Source of the DNA: Candidatus Sulfomarinibacteraceae bacterium
Lineage (GTDB): Bacteria; Acidobacteriota; Thermoanaerobaculia; Thermoanaerobaculales; Sulfomarinibacteraceae
Direction: 5' to 3'
Assembly: GCA_963796455.1 (NCBI GenBank)
Contig: CAWCLO010000001.1
Span: 288,001 to 352,000 of the forward strand
Length of the DNA: 64,000 nt
In this document: one piece after another, positions 28,868 through 38,444 of the stretch
Position numbering within the stretch: the stretch's first letter is position 1
Layout: each line of letters starts with the position of its first letter
Position numbers and translations under genes: made by a program
Notes under the pieces: generated by a model
What the model was told of the DNA's origin: nothing
The model's input: only the letters and a program-made list of their open reading frames with translations
The model's database searches: none

Positions 28868-30871
28868 ATGAAGATTCCGGCGCTTCGGCTGGCGTGGATT
28901 GCGGCCCTCGGAGCGATCGCCACGGCGGCCCCGAATCCGGCTGAGGCAAACGCTACCGCGACGGTTTTTGGCAACTACCACGCCGCAGGAGTGATCGTGA
29001 CCATCGATGCCTCGGACGACCCCGACGGCGACCTCGAGGTCTCGCTCAGCTATCGGAAAGGCACCGAAGAATTCTCCGCTGGTCTCCCGCTCACCCGAAC
29101 CCGCGACACACAGTTGGTGGGAAGTCTTTTCGAACTGATTCCCGCCACCAGGTACGACGTCAGGCTCACCTTTTCCGACCCGGACGGGGGACCGCTTGAC
29201 AGCCTGGTCATCACGACTTTCGGTACCACCCGTTCCGAACCGGTCACACCATCGACCCCATGGCATCGATGGGTCAGCCCCGACGGCACCGGCACCTCGT
29301 GCACCGAGTCCAGTCCCTGCACACTCGCTTATGGGATTTCCGTGGCCACCGTCGGTTGGGACGTGCTCCTCAAAAGCGGCACCTACCGGGTCGGTGAAAT
29401 CTCGCTGCCACGGTCGGGAACCGCCGAAGAACCGATCGTGATCCGTAACGCGCCGTCCTCATCCCCTGTTCTCGACGGTGCCGATCCCCAGGATTTCGTC
29501 TGGGTGCACGACGGTAGCGGGGTGTACTCCACAACCGTCAACGCCCCGGATACCCACCTCGTGACCGTCGATGGGAAACGCCTCTATCCCTATCAGAGCC
29601 TCGCCGATCTGCAGAATCTCCGCTGGGGGCATTCAGGTTTCTATGTCGACGGGACGTCGCTTCGCCTCCATCTCGAGAATGATCTCGATCCCAATCCTCG
29701 AGAGGTCGCGGTCTCCAGATTCAACTTTGCATTGCGGCTCGATGGGGTGGATCACATCCACATCGTCGGACTGCGATTCCGCAACTATGGCCAGGGCTCC
29801 TATGCCAAGGCGATCTATCTCGATGGTGCCAGCGACAATCTGATCCGGGACTGTCAATTCGAGTTCAACGACCTCGGGATCGGCCTCAAACGGGCCGCCC
29901 ACCGCAACCTCATCGAAAACAACGAGTTCTCCGACTCCACCTTCGACTTCTTGTGGGAAGCGGTCAAGGACGGATCCGGTCTCGAGACCGGTGGTGTCCG
30001 GATCTACGACTCCAACCCCTCGGGGCGGGGAACGGTGATTCGGCGCAACTATTTCACCGACTTTTTCGATGGTTTCGGGGTCTGTCCCGGCACCGACACC
30101 GGAATCACCATCGAAACCGACGTGCACGACAACACCATCATGAATATGGGCGACGACGGTTTTGAAACCGATGGATACTGTTCGAATCTCAGGATCTGGG
30201 ACAACTTCATCCGAGAGGTTCTGGTGGGTATCTCTCTGGCGCCCGTCTACCGGGGCCCGGTCTTTGCTCTCCGCAACCTCATATTCGACACTGGGGCCGG
30301 CACCTCTCAAGCCGGTTACGGCGGGATGTGTTTCAAGTTCAACAGCGGCTTCGGTGAGTCAGGAGCCATCTTCCTTTTTCACAACACCTGCGTGGCCAAC
30401 CGACCCAACACCGACGCACTGACCATTAAAAGCCCGGGCAGCTGGCAAAAAATAACCACCCGCAACAACATTTGGTGGGCCACCCGCTACGCGCTGTCCA
30501 ACGCCAACCCCCTCGAGCCCCTGGATCTGGACTGGGACAATCTGTACTCGACGCTGGAAAACGAATTGGCGTGGTGGGATGATCTGCCCGACCGACACCT
30601 GAACAAACTGGCCGAGATCCAATCTGTCGTCGGACACGAGTGGAACGGTCTCCAACTCGACCCTCTCTTCGAGGACGCCGGAGTCGGCGACTATCGCCTC
30701 ATGGAAGCGAGCCCTCTCAACGACGTCGGTGTGGTCTTACCGGGCATCAACGACAGCTACCTGGGAATCGCCCCTGATCTCGGAGCCTTCGAACGTGACT
30801 TTTCGCTCTTTGCCGACGGATTCGATACGGGCGACACATCGAGATGGTCGTCGGCTGTGACAGCGGACTGA
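28868..30871 (+). CDS. Secreted right-handed parallel beta-helix (pectin lyase-like) protein with C-terminal LFADGFDTGD motif
   Basis: Signal peptide, FN3-like N-terminus, PbH1-type repeats, APDLGAFE. Confidence 0.8.
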   Translation: MKIPALRLAWIAALGAIATAAPNPAEANATATVFGNYHAAGVIVTIDASDDPDGDLEVSLSYRKGTEEFSAGLPLTRTRDTQLVGSLFELIPATRYDVRLTFSDPDGGPLDSLVITTFGTTRSEPVTPSTPWHRWVSPDGTGTSCTESSPCTLAYGISVATVGWDVLLKSGTYRVGEISLPRSGTAEEPIVIRNAPSSSPVLDGADPQDFVWVHDGSGVYSTTVNAPDTHLVTVDGKRLYPYQSLADLQNLRWGHSGFYVDGTSLRLHLENDLDPNPREVAVSRFNFALRLDGVDHIHIVGLRFRNYGQGSYAKAIYLDGASDNLIRDCQFEFNDLGIGLKRAAHRNLIENNEFSDSTFDFLWEAVKDGSGLETGGVRIYDSNPSGRGTVIRRNYFTDFFDGFGVCPGTDTGITIETDVHDNTIMNMGDDGFETDGYCSNLRIWDNFIREVLVGISLAPVYRGPVFALRNLIFDTGAGTSQAGYGGMCFKFNSGFGESGAIFLFHNTCVANRPNTDALTIKSPGSWQKITTRNNIWWATRYALSNANPLEPLDLDWDNLYSTLENELAWWDDLPDRHLNKLAEIQSVVGHEWNGLQLDPLFEDAGVGDYRLMEASPLNDVGVVLPGINDSYLGIAPDLGAFERDFSLFADGFDTGDTSRWSSAVTAD

Positions 30872-30915
30872 TCCCCCGGTTATACTCGCCAATCATCGTC
30901 ACCTGGGAGTCTGTT

Positions 30916-31581
30916 ATGCCGTCTCGAAAACAGCGCTGTTGGCAACCCGTGGTGTTTCCCGCATCCTTCATCCTGGTCCTGCTCACCGGTTGCTCAACCG
31001 CATATTATTCCGCCTGGGAGATGATGGGCAAAGAAAAACGCGATCTGCTGCGCTCGAACGTCGAGTCGGTCAAATCCGAACAGGAAAAGGCTGCCGATGA
31101 ATTCGAAGATGCCCTCACCCGTCTTCGCCGTCTCTATGAGGTTGACGGAGGCGAACTCGAAAAGACATACGACAAGCTCAAAGACGATTACGAGGACGCC
31201 CAGGGACGAGCGGAAGACGTGCGCGATCGAATCGAAAAAATCGATTCGATCGCCGACGACCTTTTTGAGGAATGGGAGGTCGAGATCGAAGAGATCACGA
31301 ATCCCAGTTACCGCACCAAGAGCCGGCAAAAACTCGATGAGACAAAGAAGAAATACAGCAATCTCGAAGCATCCCTGCACCGATCCGAGGCCAGCATGGA
31401 TCCGGTCCTGACCCACCTCAAAGACAGCGTCCTGTTTCTCAAACACAACCTCAACGCCGCGGCGATCGGCGGTCTGGGATCGGAGATGGAGACCATCGAG
31501 GCCGACATCGAAAAGTTGATCTCCGAAATGCGCACCTCGATTGCAGAGGCCGATGAATTCCTCCGCGCGATGCCCGACTGA
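30916..31581 (+). CDS. DUF2959-family lipoprotein
   Basis: LLTG-C; YYSAWEMMGKEKRDLL; LFEEWE; LFLKHNLNAAAI. Confidence 0.85.
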   Translation: MPSRKQRCWQPVVFPASFILVLLTGCSTAYYSAWEMMGKEKRDLLRSNVESVKSEQEKAADEFEDALTRLRRLYEVDGGELEKTYDKLKDDYEDAQGRAEDVRDRIEKIDSIADDLFEEWEVEIEEITNPSYRTKSRQKLDETKKKYSNLEASLHRSEASMDPVLTHLKDSVLFLKHNLNAAAIGGLGSEMETIEADIEKLISEMRTSIAEADEFLRAMPD

Positions 31582-31603
31582 AGGGTTGCGTTACCATCTT
31601 GAG

Positions 31604-32194
31604 GTGAAGATCTTTCGAACCCTATTTCTCTGCTTCGCCTGTCTCGTCCTGCCCCTTGCAGCGGCGGCCCAGGGAACACAGACCAGCCCGCCCGCCACAC
31701 CGCCATCAGCGCCTCCTCCGCCGCCGCCCGAGTACAAATGGTTTGCGGGAGGCGCGGTCGGTCTCGCCTTTGGAAATCAGGTGAACTACCTCGAGTTGTC
31801 GCCCATCATCGGCTACCAGCTGTTCCCGAAATTTCAGATCGGTGCGTCGATCACTTTTCGATACAGCAAGGACAAACGATACGAACCCGATCTTTCGACC
31901 ACGGACTTCGGTGCATCCCTGGTGGGCAGGTATTTTGTCTTCGGACCGATTTTTGTCCAGGCGGAGTTCGAGCGCATACGATTCGAGTACCCAGTTCGAA
32001 CCGAGGATGATCTGATTGTAGCCATCGAATCGACCTATAGCGGGCTCTACGGAGGGTTCGGTTTCGTGCAACAAGCCGGAGGCCGGGGCGCACTGTACAT
32101 GGCCTTCTTGTGGGATTTCAACTACGACAAGAACGAACCCAATCCGCGCAACGACCCTTTCCAGATCCAGATTGGATATGGGATCAGGTTTTAG
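31604..32194 (+). CDS. Putative outer-membrane beta-barrel protein
   Basis: Signal peptide, Pro-rich linker, alternating beta-strands, C-terminal GYGIRF. Confidence 0.7.
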   Translation: MKIFRTLFLCFACLVLPLAAAAQGTQTSPPATPPSAPPPPPPEYKWFAGGAVGLAFGNQVNYLELSPIIGYQLFPKFQIGASITFRYSKDKRYEPDLSTTDFGASLVGRYFVFGPIFVQAEFERIRFEYPVRTEDDLIVAIESTYSGLYGGFGFVQQAGGRGALYMAFLWDFNYDKNEPNPRNDPFQIQIGYGIRF

Positions 32195-32216
32195 GGCTCG
32201 GGGCCTCGACTCACTC

Positions 32217-33412
32217 TAAAAAAACCTTTGCGTTCTTTGCGTCTTCGCGGTTTTTACCTTCCTCAGGTAGGTTGATGTTTTCCGAAACGCACCATCGTTG
32301 AAATGTGCATGAGATAGCTCGGGGCCTCGAGTCGGTTCGCATATTCGAGCGTTGTTCCTGCGTCAACCACGTAAAAAACGCAAAGTCGCCAAGTCGCGAA
32401 GAGGCCGCGAAGATCCATTTCGACTCGTCACTCACGTCAAGACAGAATCGCGAATAGCGTTCAGGGACAGCGACAGAATTCAGCGACAGCGAGCAGGAGT
32501 CGGCGGCAGCGCTCAGTCATCAGGGTCAGCGATCAGCGGCCGGGACAGTGAACGGCACTCATTTCTTCGGGGCTCCGGCCTTTGTGGTGCGACCGTCTCG
32601 GCCGCACGGTGTGCAGGCGAGACGCCTACACCACCACGGGTGATCCTCCTGTTGAACGACCCGGAGATGACCACGTGGTCACTGCACCTGATCGCTGCCC
32701 CTGCCACTGAACACTGATTGCTGTTCCCTGTCGCTGACCCTGGACACTGCCGCTGCAACACGGACACGGGCCGACCGCGATCAGGAAATGCCAAGAACCA
32801 ACCCCTCAACCTTGTGTTGTCAGGTGGGAAAATTCAAATGACGATTTGTTTTGGACTGCAGTGTCGGCCGGTAAAAAATCTTAGCGTTCTTTGCGTCTTC
32901 GCGGTTTTCACGCTGCTCAAGCAGGTTGGCGTTTTCCGAAACGCGACCATCGTCGAAATGTGCATGAGATAGCTCGGGGCCTCGAGTCGGTTCGCATATT
33001 CGGGCGTTGTTCCTGCGTCAACCACGTAAAAAACGCAAAGTCGCCAAGACGCGAAGGGGCCGCGAAGATCCATTTCGACTCATCACTCACGTACAAGACA
33101 GAATCGCGGATAGCGTTCAGGGACAGCGACAGAATTCAGCGACAGCGAGCAGGAGTCGGCGGCAGCGTACAGTCATCAGGGTCAGCGATCAGCGGCCGGG
33201 ACAGTGAACGGCACTCATTTCTTCGGGGCTCCGGCCTTTGTGGTGCGGCCGTCTCGGCCGCACGATGTGCAGGCGAGACGCCTACACCACCACGGGTGAT
33301 CCTTCTGTTGAACGACCCGGAGGTAACCACGTCGTCACTGCACCTGATCGCTGCCCTGCCACTGAACACTGATTGCTGTTCCCTGTCGCTGGACACTGTC
33401 CCTGCCGCTGCA
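32217..33412. repeat. Diverged tandem duplication (period 655 bp) of a non-coding composite unit
   Basis: 32217-32757 matches 32872-33412 with scattered substitutions and indels. Confidence 0.9.
32452..32864 (-). repeat. Gene-less copy B of the four-helix-bundle-associated element
   Basis: Reverse complement aligns with 4304-4714, including the conserved left end. Confidence 0.85.
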
Positions 33413-33431
33413 TTTCGGGATCGGGATCGGA
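33108..33431 (-). repeat. Gene-less copy C (left end missing)
   Basis: Near-identical to copy B through the arm; ends in cgggatcgggatcgga like the arms of copy D. Confidence 0.8.
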
Positions 33432-33544
33432 ACTGACGTCCAGATGACATCGGGAGGCGACATTCCCATTCAGGAGAAATCGGTGCATGGTGGTTCTCCC
33501 TTTCACCCTTTCTCCCTTTCTCCCTTTCTCCCCTGCCTAGAGCT

Positions 33545-34675
33545 TCAGCTCCAAACGCCCGGAATCGCCCGACTGCACCCCGGACAGGAGCCGCTCTCCA
33601 GATTGTTTGATATCACCCTGAAACCGACCCGGCGGATGAGGATCTCGCCGCAACCTGGACACATCGTGTTTTCGCCGGGATGACCGGGGAGGTTGCCGAG
33701 GTAGACATAGTGCAACCCAGCCGCGCGGCCGATCTCCCAGGCGCGTTCGAGGGTCGCCACCGGGGTTGGAGGCAGATCGGTCAATCGATAGGTTGGGTGA
33801 AAACGGGTGAAATGGACCGGTACGTCCGGGCCGAGATGGTCCGCGACCCACTTCGAGAGATCCTTGATCTCGGCTGCCGAATCGTTGAGGGTCGGCACCA
33901 AAAGAACCACGATCTCGAGCCAGACCCCTGATTTGCGTATGATTTCGAGAGTCTTCAAAACCGGTTCGAGCTTGCCCCGCACCTGCTGCCGATAAAAATC
34001 ATCCGAGAAAGCCTTGAGATCAATCTTGACGGCGGAGATCTCCGGCAGCACATCAAGGAGCGCCTGCTCCTGAATGAAGCCATTCGAAACGACTGTCGCT
34101 TTGATACCGGCCTTGTTGGCCGCTCTGGCGGCGTCGCGGACATATTCCCAGAACACCACCGGTTCGCCGTAGGTGGCAGCGGTCAGTTTCGCCCCGGCCC
34201 GGCGAGCAGTGGCCACCAAGTCTTTTGGCGGCAAATCGTACGCCTCCACCTGCTCGGGCCGAAACTGAGACAACTCCCAGTTCTGACAAAACTTGCATTC
34301 GACGTTACATCCCGCCGTCGAATAGGACAGCGCCTTTTCACCGGGCATGACGTGGAAGAAGGGTTTTTTTTCGATCGGATCCACATGAACGGCGCAGGCC
34401 AGGCTGTGGACCAGGGTGAGGTAGATACCGTTTCGGTTTTCGCGCACTCCGCACATGCCCCGTTCCATGTCGGCCACGGTGCACGCCTGGGGGCAGAGTT
34501 GGCACTCCACCCTCCCCTCTTCCAGTTTCTTGTACCAGGAAGCTTCGCGCGCCGGCAGTTCGTCACCCGCAGCCGAGGTTCCGCGCGATAAGGAAGCCGG
34601 TGCCATTGAGGGATTGACCGCCGAGACGGCACCCGCGGCACCGAGCACGAGCATCCGGCGCCGGTCGATCTTCAC
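33545..34675 (-). CDS. amrS: AmmeMemoRadiSam system radical SAM enzyme with Tat-like signal
   Basis: CQLCPQAC, DPIEKKP, GCNVECKFCQN, TYGEP, KIDLK, FTRFHP, CPGC...CPGC; N-terminus IDRRRMLVLGAAG. Confidence 0.9.
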   Translation of the reverse strand: MKIDRRRMLVLGAAGAVSAVNPSMAPASLSRGTSAAGDELPAREASWYKKLEEGRVECQLCPQACTVADMERGMCGVRENRNGIYLTLVHSLACAVHVDPIEKKPFFHVMPGEKALSYSTAGCNVECKFCQNWELSQFRPEQVEAYDLPPKDLVATARRAGAKLTAATYGEPVVFWEYVRDAARAANKAGIKATVVSNGFIQEQALLDVLPEISAVKIDLKAFSDDFYRQQVRGKLEPVLKTLEIIRKSGVWLEIVVLLVPTLNDSAAEIKDLSKWVADHLGPDVPVHFTRFHPTYRLTDLPPTPVATLERAWEIGRAAGLHYVYLGNLPGHPGENTMCPGCGEILIRRVGFRVISNNLESGSCPGCSRAIPGVWS

Positions 34676-35637
34676 GCCGGCACCAAGCGCAACGCGTCGG
34701 GGTCCGCCAGACCCAGACCATGGCGGGCGGCGGTTGCCAGAAACCGCACCGGTCTTCCCGCCGCTTCGAGGGTCGGCAATCCGCGTCGTTTTCTTTCCTT
34801 TTCAATGACCTGCCAGGCCCAGAGATCCGCCGCCACCGGGTCGGTGCTCGCCGCAACTCGCTCAGGTTGAAGGTGGCTCCCGATCGAAAGGCCGGTCCGC
34901 CGTGGCACTGCGCCACCACACCATCGAGGACCGTCAGACGTAATTTGCCGGCGACATAGGGATGGCGGGCCACATCCGCGATATACGGATCGCAGCCGTT
35001 GTCGTGGTACTTGTTCGGGTTGTGGATAACGCCATACCAGTTCTTCATCCCGGCCGAAATCCCCGACAGATCGTGATCCTTGACGACCCCGAAGGATACC
35101 AGGGCCGTACAGCCGGTGGTTACGAGCCGGGCAAAACACGATCCGATGGCTCCCGAGGTCGAAGGTGTTTTTTCGTAGTCATTGTCGGTGCCGATACAGA
35201 CATAGGGAGGTCCGTCGCGGCGAATCGTGAAGCCCGCCCGTTCAAGCTCCCGGCTGGACCGCTCGAAGACGATGATCCGGCGGCGATCGACGCCGGCCTC
35301 GGCGATCAACTCGACGAGAGCCTCCACCAGCTCCACTCGCGGCGAGAGCAATCTTCCGGCCAAACAGTTGAGCTTGATTGCCACCGTATCGGAAGGTCGA
35401 AAGAGCATCGCCGCAGCCGATTGCCCGGTTTCAGCGCCCACAGCCGCTCGCAGAGCTCCTGCTATCGCCAGGCGCGCTGTGTCGCCTGAGCAGCGCACGG
35501 CCAAGCTCGGAGTTCGCAGTCGCGAGACCAACCTGGCCGGGCCGTAGGACCGGAATCGATCCGCCCGACGCGACCCGAGCAAAAAAACCTGCACCGAATA
35601 GAGCTGCCAGCTCGCGGCGGGTGAAACGCCCTCCCAT
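34672..35637 (-). CDS. DUF362 Fe-S domain protein with Tat signal, frameshifted twice (~35580, ~34860)
   Basis: FTRRELAALFGAG (35431..35637), VAIKLNC...VVKDHDLSGISAGMKNWYG...GGP (34563..35753), ASTDPVAAD...GLG (34672..35139). Confidence 0.75.
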
Positions 35638-35640
35638 CCG

Positions 35641-37152
35641 TCAGTGTTCCTCACCGAAGACCTGCGCCGTGAAGACTTCGAAGCGAGTGCCGGAGCGCCA
35701 TCCGCCCGGTTCGATACCGGCTTTTTGAGCCAGGTGATCGAGCATCGTTTCACGGTCCCACCCCTGCTCGGTGGCGACCTGGGGCAGGAACAGGGCCCGA
35801 TGGCGTCCTTTGCTCAAAACCACACCGTGGGTTCCGACCTCGATATCCTCCGGCCTCGCCACCAGGTGGCGCGGAGAGAGAATCGAGACCTCCACCGCGA
35901 TTGAATCGAGTTCCGCCGCCTCGAGAGGGGGAAATCGCGGGTCCTGGGCAGCCCATACGGCCGCAGTTACCACTGCCTCGTCGAGAGGTTGATCGGCCTC
36001 GATGACCCCCATGCAGGCGCGAAGACGATCGGGGCTGCCGGGTTTTTTGCCGCGTTGGTTGAGCGTCACAAAGGCCCCGGCCAGGGCCCGGCCTGGGTTG
36101 GCGTCGTGGGGCGCTGAATACCACCGCGCCAGACTTTCGTCGTGGATCAGAAAACTCGTCAACGCGGCTCGAGCGAGGGAGACGATCTGCCGGCCCTGAG
36201 CGGTCGCGACCTCACCGAGAACCGGCGTCTCCGGCTCGCCCCACGGGATCCAGGCGCCGTGATAGGAAATACCCGCATAGGTCACCGACAGATCCCAACG
36301 TCCCGTGAGGTGGCCCGAGGTGGTCACGTCCAGCACCTCGCCACGCCCGCGAAAAGCATGTGCCAGGAGTTCGGCAAGCACCATCGACGGTTTCAGACCG
36401 CAGACCGTATCGCCGCTGACCTCGACCTGATGGGTGAACCCGACCGGATCGGCGGCGGCGAGACGGTCAGCGGTCGCTCGGCCGAGCCGGAGCAGCTTGG
36501 CGCCGAGCCCCGGCTCCGAAAAGGGTGTCCATCCATAACGTTCACCATGGTGCGTGAAATCCGACGAGACCACCACAACAGTACCGGCATCGAGCAGCGG
36601 CAGGAGGGCCTCCGCCATTCGCCGAGCGGTCTCGAGGTCGGTTTGTTGGCCGACCAGAATCGGTACGATTTGCACCGTTGGGGCCAGAACCTGAAGGAAC
36701 GGAATCTCCACCTCGAGGCTGTGTTCCGGTTCGTGGGCCGAAGCCGGACCACGAAAATCGCGGTGCTTGCGAAGCGCGCGCACGGCTTCCAGGTCGAGTG
36801 GGACGTCACCTAGTGGCGTTTCGAAGGCCGCGAGGTTGCGCGCCGGCAGGGCACCGCCGGCAAAGGAGCTGTGATGGGAAGGACCGAGCAGAACCACGCG
36901 ACGCATCTTGCCGCCATCGAGGGAGGCGAAGACCCGTCCCGCCACCGCCCCCGAAAAGGCGTAGCCTGCGTGGGGCACCACCACGGCGCGGGCACCGCCA
37001 CGGAATTCCCCGTCCGCCATCATCTCCTCGATCTGGGTGCGCAGTTGTTGTGGATCGTCGGTGTAGAAGGACCCGGCAACCGCAGTGGGCCGGGTCGCCG
37101 CAGATACCACCGATGCGGCCAAAACCACGACCGCAACCAGCACATTCTTCAT
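35641..37152 (-). CDS. amrB: AmmeMemoRadiSam protein B (Memo) - protein A (AMMECR1) fusion with Sec-type signal
   Basis: AVAGSFY, PHAGYAFSG, GPSHH, EHSLEV, SSDFTH, TVCG; then GAFVTL, LRACMG, DPRFPPL, LFLPQVATEQGW. Start MKNVLVAVVVLAASVVSA. Confidence 0.9.
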   Translation of the reverse strand: MKNVLVAVVVLAASVVSAATRPTAVAGSFYTDDPQQLRTQIEEMMADGEFRGGARAVVVPHAGYAFSGAVAGRVFASLDGGKMRRVVLLGPSHHSSFAGGALPARNLAAFETPLGDVPLDLEAVRALRKHRDFRGPASAHEPEHSLEVEIPFLQVLAPTVQIVPILVGQQTDLETARRMAEALLPLLDAGTVVVVSSDFTHHGERYGWTPFSEPGLGAKLLRLGRATADRLAAADPVGFTHQVEVSGDTVCGLKPSMVLAELLAHAFRGRGEVLDVTTSGHLTGRWDLSVTYAGISYHGAWIPWGEPETPVLGEVATAQGRQIVSLARAALTSFLIHDESLARWYSAPHDANPGRALAGAFVTLNQRGKKPGSPDRLRACMGVIEADQPLDEAVVTAAVWAAQDPRFPPLEAAELDSIAVEVSILSPRHLVARPEDIEVGTHGVVLSKGRHRALFLPQVATEQGWDRETMLDHLAQKAGIEPGGWRSGTRFEVFTAQVFGEEH

Positions 37153-37218
37153 GGTGTCATTGATAAACCGGGAGTCCTTCATTTGCAAGCGGCTGCTGCT
37201 GCAACGACACCCTCCAAC

Positions 37219-38334
37219 TCAACCGGAATCTTGGGAACGACCCTGTGCCGAAAGAGCCCGCAACTCGATCGCTCGTTCGCGATGTTTTCGGGCCTTGTCC
37301 GTATCCCCGACCAGCTCGGCGAGGCGGGCCAACGCATCGTAGATTTCCGGCTCCTTGCCATACCACCAACGTGCGCGCCTGAGATATTGCCGCGCCTCTT
37401 CGTACTCGCCCCGCAGCATTTCGGCGTCGGCCATGGCCACGAGAGTGAAGGGATTTCGGGTACCCTCCGCGGCCGCCTGCATGGCTGTCCGCGCCTCTTC
37501 TTCCATACCCCACTCGCTGTAGACCCGTGACATGTTGATCAGTGCGGAGGAATTGCCCTCCTCCGCGATCAGAGCCTGTCGGTAGGCCTCCATGGCCGCA
37601 TCGGGGTCGCCCAGGCGCATTTTTGCCACGCCGAGATTCACCCAGGCCGGGGCCCATTTCGGTTCCAGGATGGTCGCGATCTCGAGGTGCCTCACGGCCT
37701 CCTCGTAGCTGCGGTTGCGAATTTCGCGACCTCCGATATTCGTGTGGTAGAGCGCCGAGGCACCGAGATCATCAATCACCTTTCGATTGGCGTAGGAGGC
37801 TACGGACGACACATAAAAATCGTAGAGATAGATCCGGTCGGGTGCCCTGTAGCCCGCCACGACGTGTCGATTCACCACGACCAGAGTGCCCTCCTTCTCG
37901 ACCTCCGGCTGCCTGCGCGCGGCCACCAGAAAAGCCGGCTGGCCGATACTTCTCGCCAGGGCGACAAAAAGCGACGTGAAGGACATGCAGTTTCCCTTGC
38001 GAGCCGCAAAGGCTTCCTCTGCGGTCAGCGTACGGGCGATTTCGTATTCGAAATCGAATTCTCCCTTTTCGAAGAAAGCCTGCTGCAGCCCCTCGAGCCG
38101 CAACTCCGGTGAAGCCGTATTCAGAGTGCGGGTCTTGTTCTTTGCCCACGCCTTCATGTCGTCGTTGATGCCGAAGGGAAACACGACCTCGGATTCATCG
38201 AGACCCAGCTTTTCGACCGCGCGGCTCCAGTCTTCATATCCGAAGACCTGGCCGTCGAAGTCGTCAGCCGGGAGAATCGATGCTGCCAACAGCAACACCG
38301 CCACCAGGATCGAGATTTTTCGAGTCGGCTTCAC
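37219..38334 (-). CDS. Transglutaminase-like domain + TPR protein (exported)
   Basis: GNCMSFTSLFVALAR, RHV, YDF; C-terminal TPRs. Confidence 0.8.
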   Translation of the reverse strand: MKPTRKISILVAVLLLAASILPADDFDGQVFGYEDWSRAVEKLGLDESEVVFPFGINDDMKAWAKNKTRTLNTASPELRLEGLQQAFFEKGEFDFEYEIARTLTAEEAFAARKGNCMSFTSLFVALARSIGQPAFLVAARRQPEVEKEGTLVVVNRHVVAGYRAPDRIYLYDFYVSSVASYANRKVIDDLGASALYHTNIGGREIRNRSYEEAVRHLEIATILEPKWAPAWVNLGVAKMRLGDPDAAMEAYRQALIAEEGNSSALINMSRVYSEWGMEEEARTAMQAAAEGTRNPFTLVAMADAEMLRGEYEEARQYLRRARWWYGKEPEIYDALARLAELVGDTDKARKHRERAIELRALSAQGRSQDSG

Positions 38335-38444
38335 GTTAAAATTGTACGTCTATCGTAGAGAAAAGGTTATTTTTTGGCAGTATGATCGATGGGCCCACTG
38401 GACCCTTCGGACGATCCAAGCGGGCCGGACTCATGGAGGTTTTC

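Noticed and set aside
32217..33412. CRISPR array
   Set aside because: Repeats are hundreds of bp long with conserved interiors; no regular repeat-spacer pattern and no cas genes.
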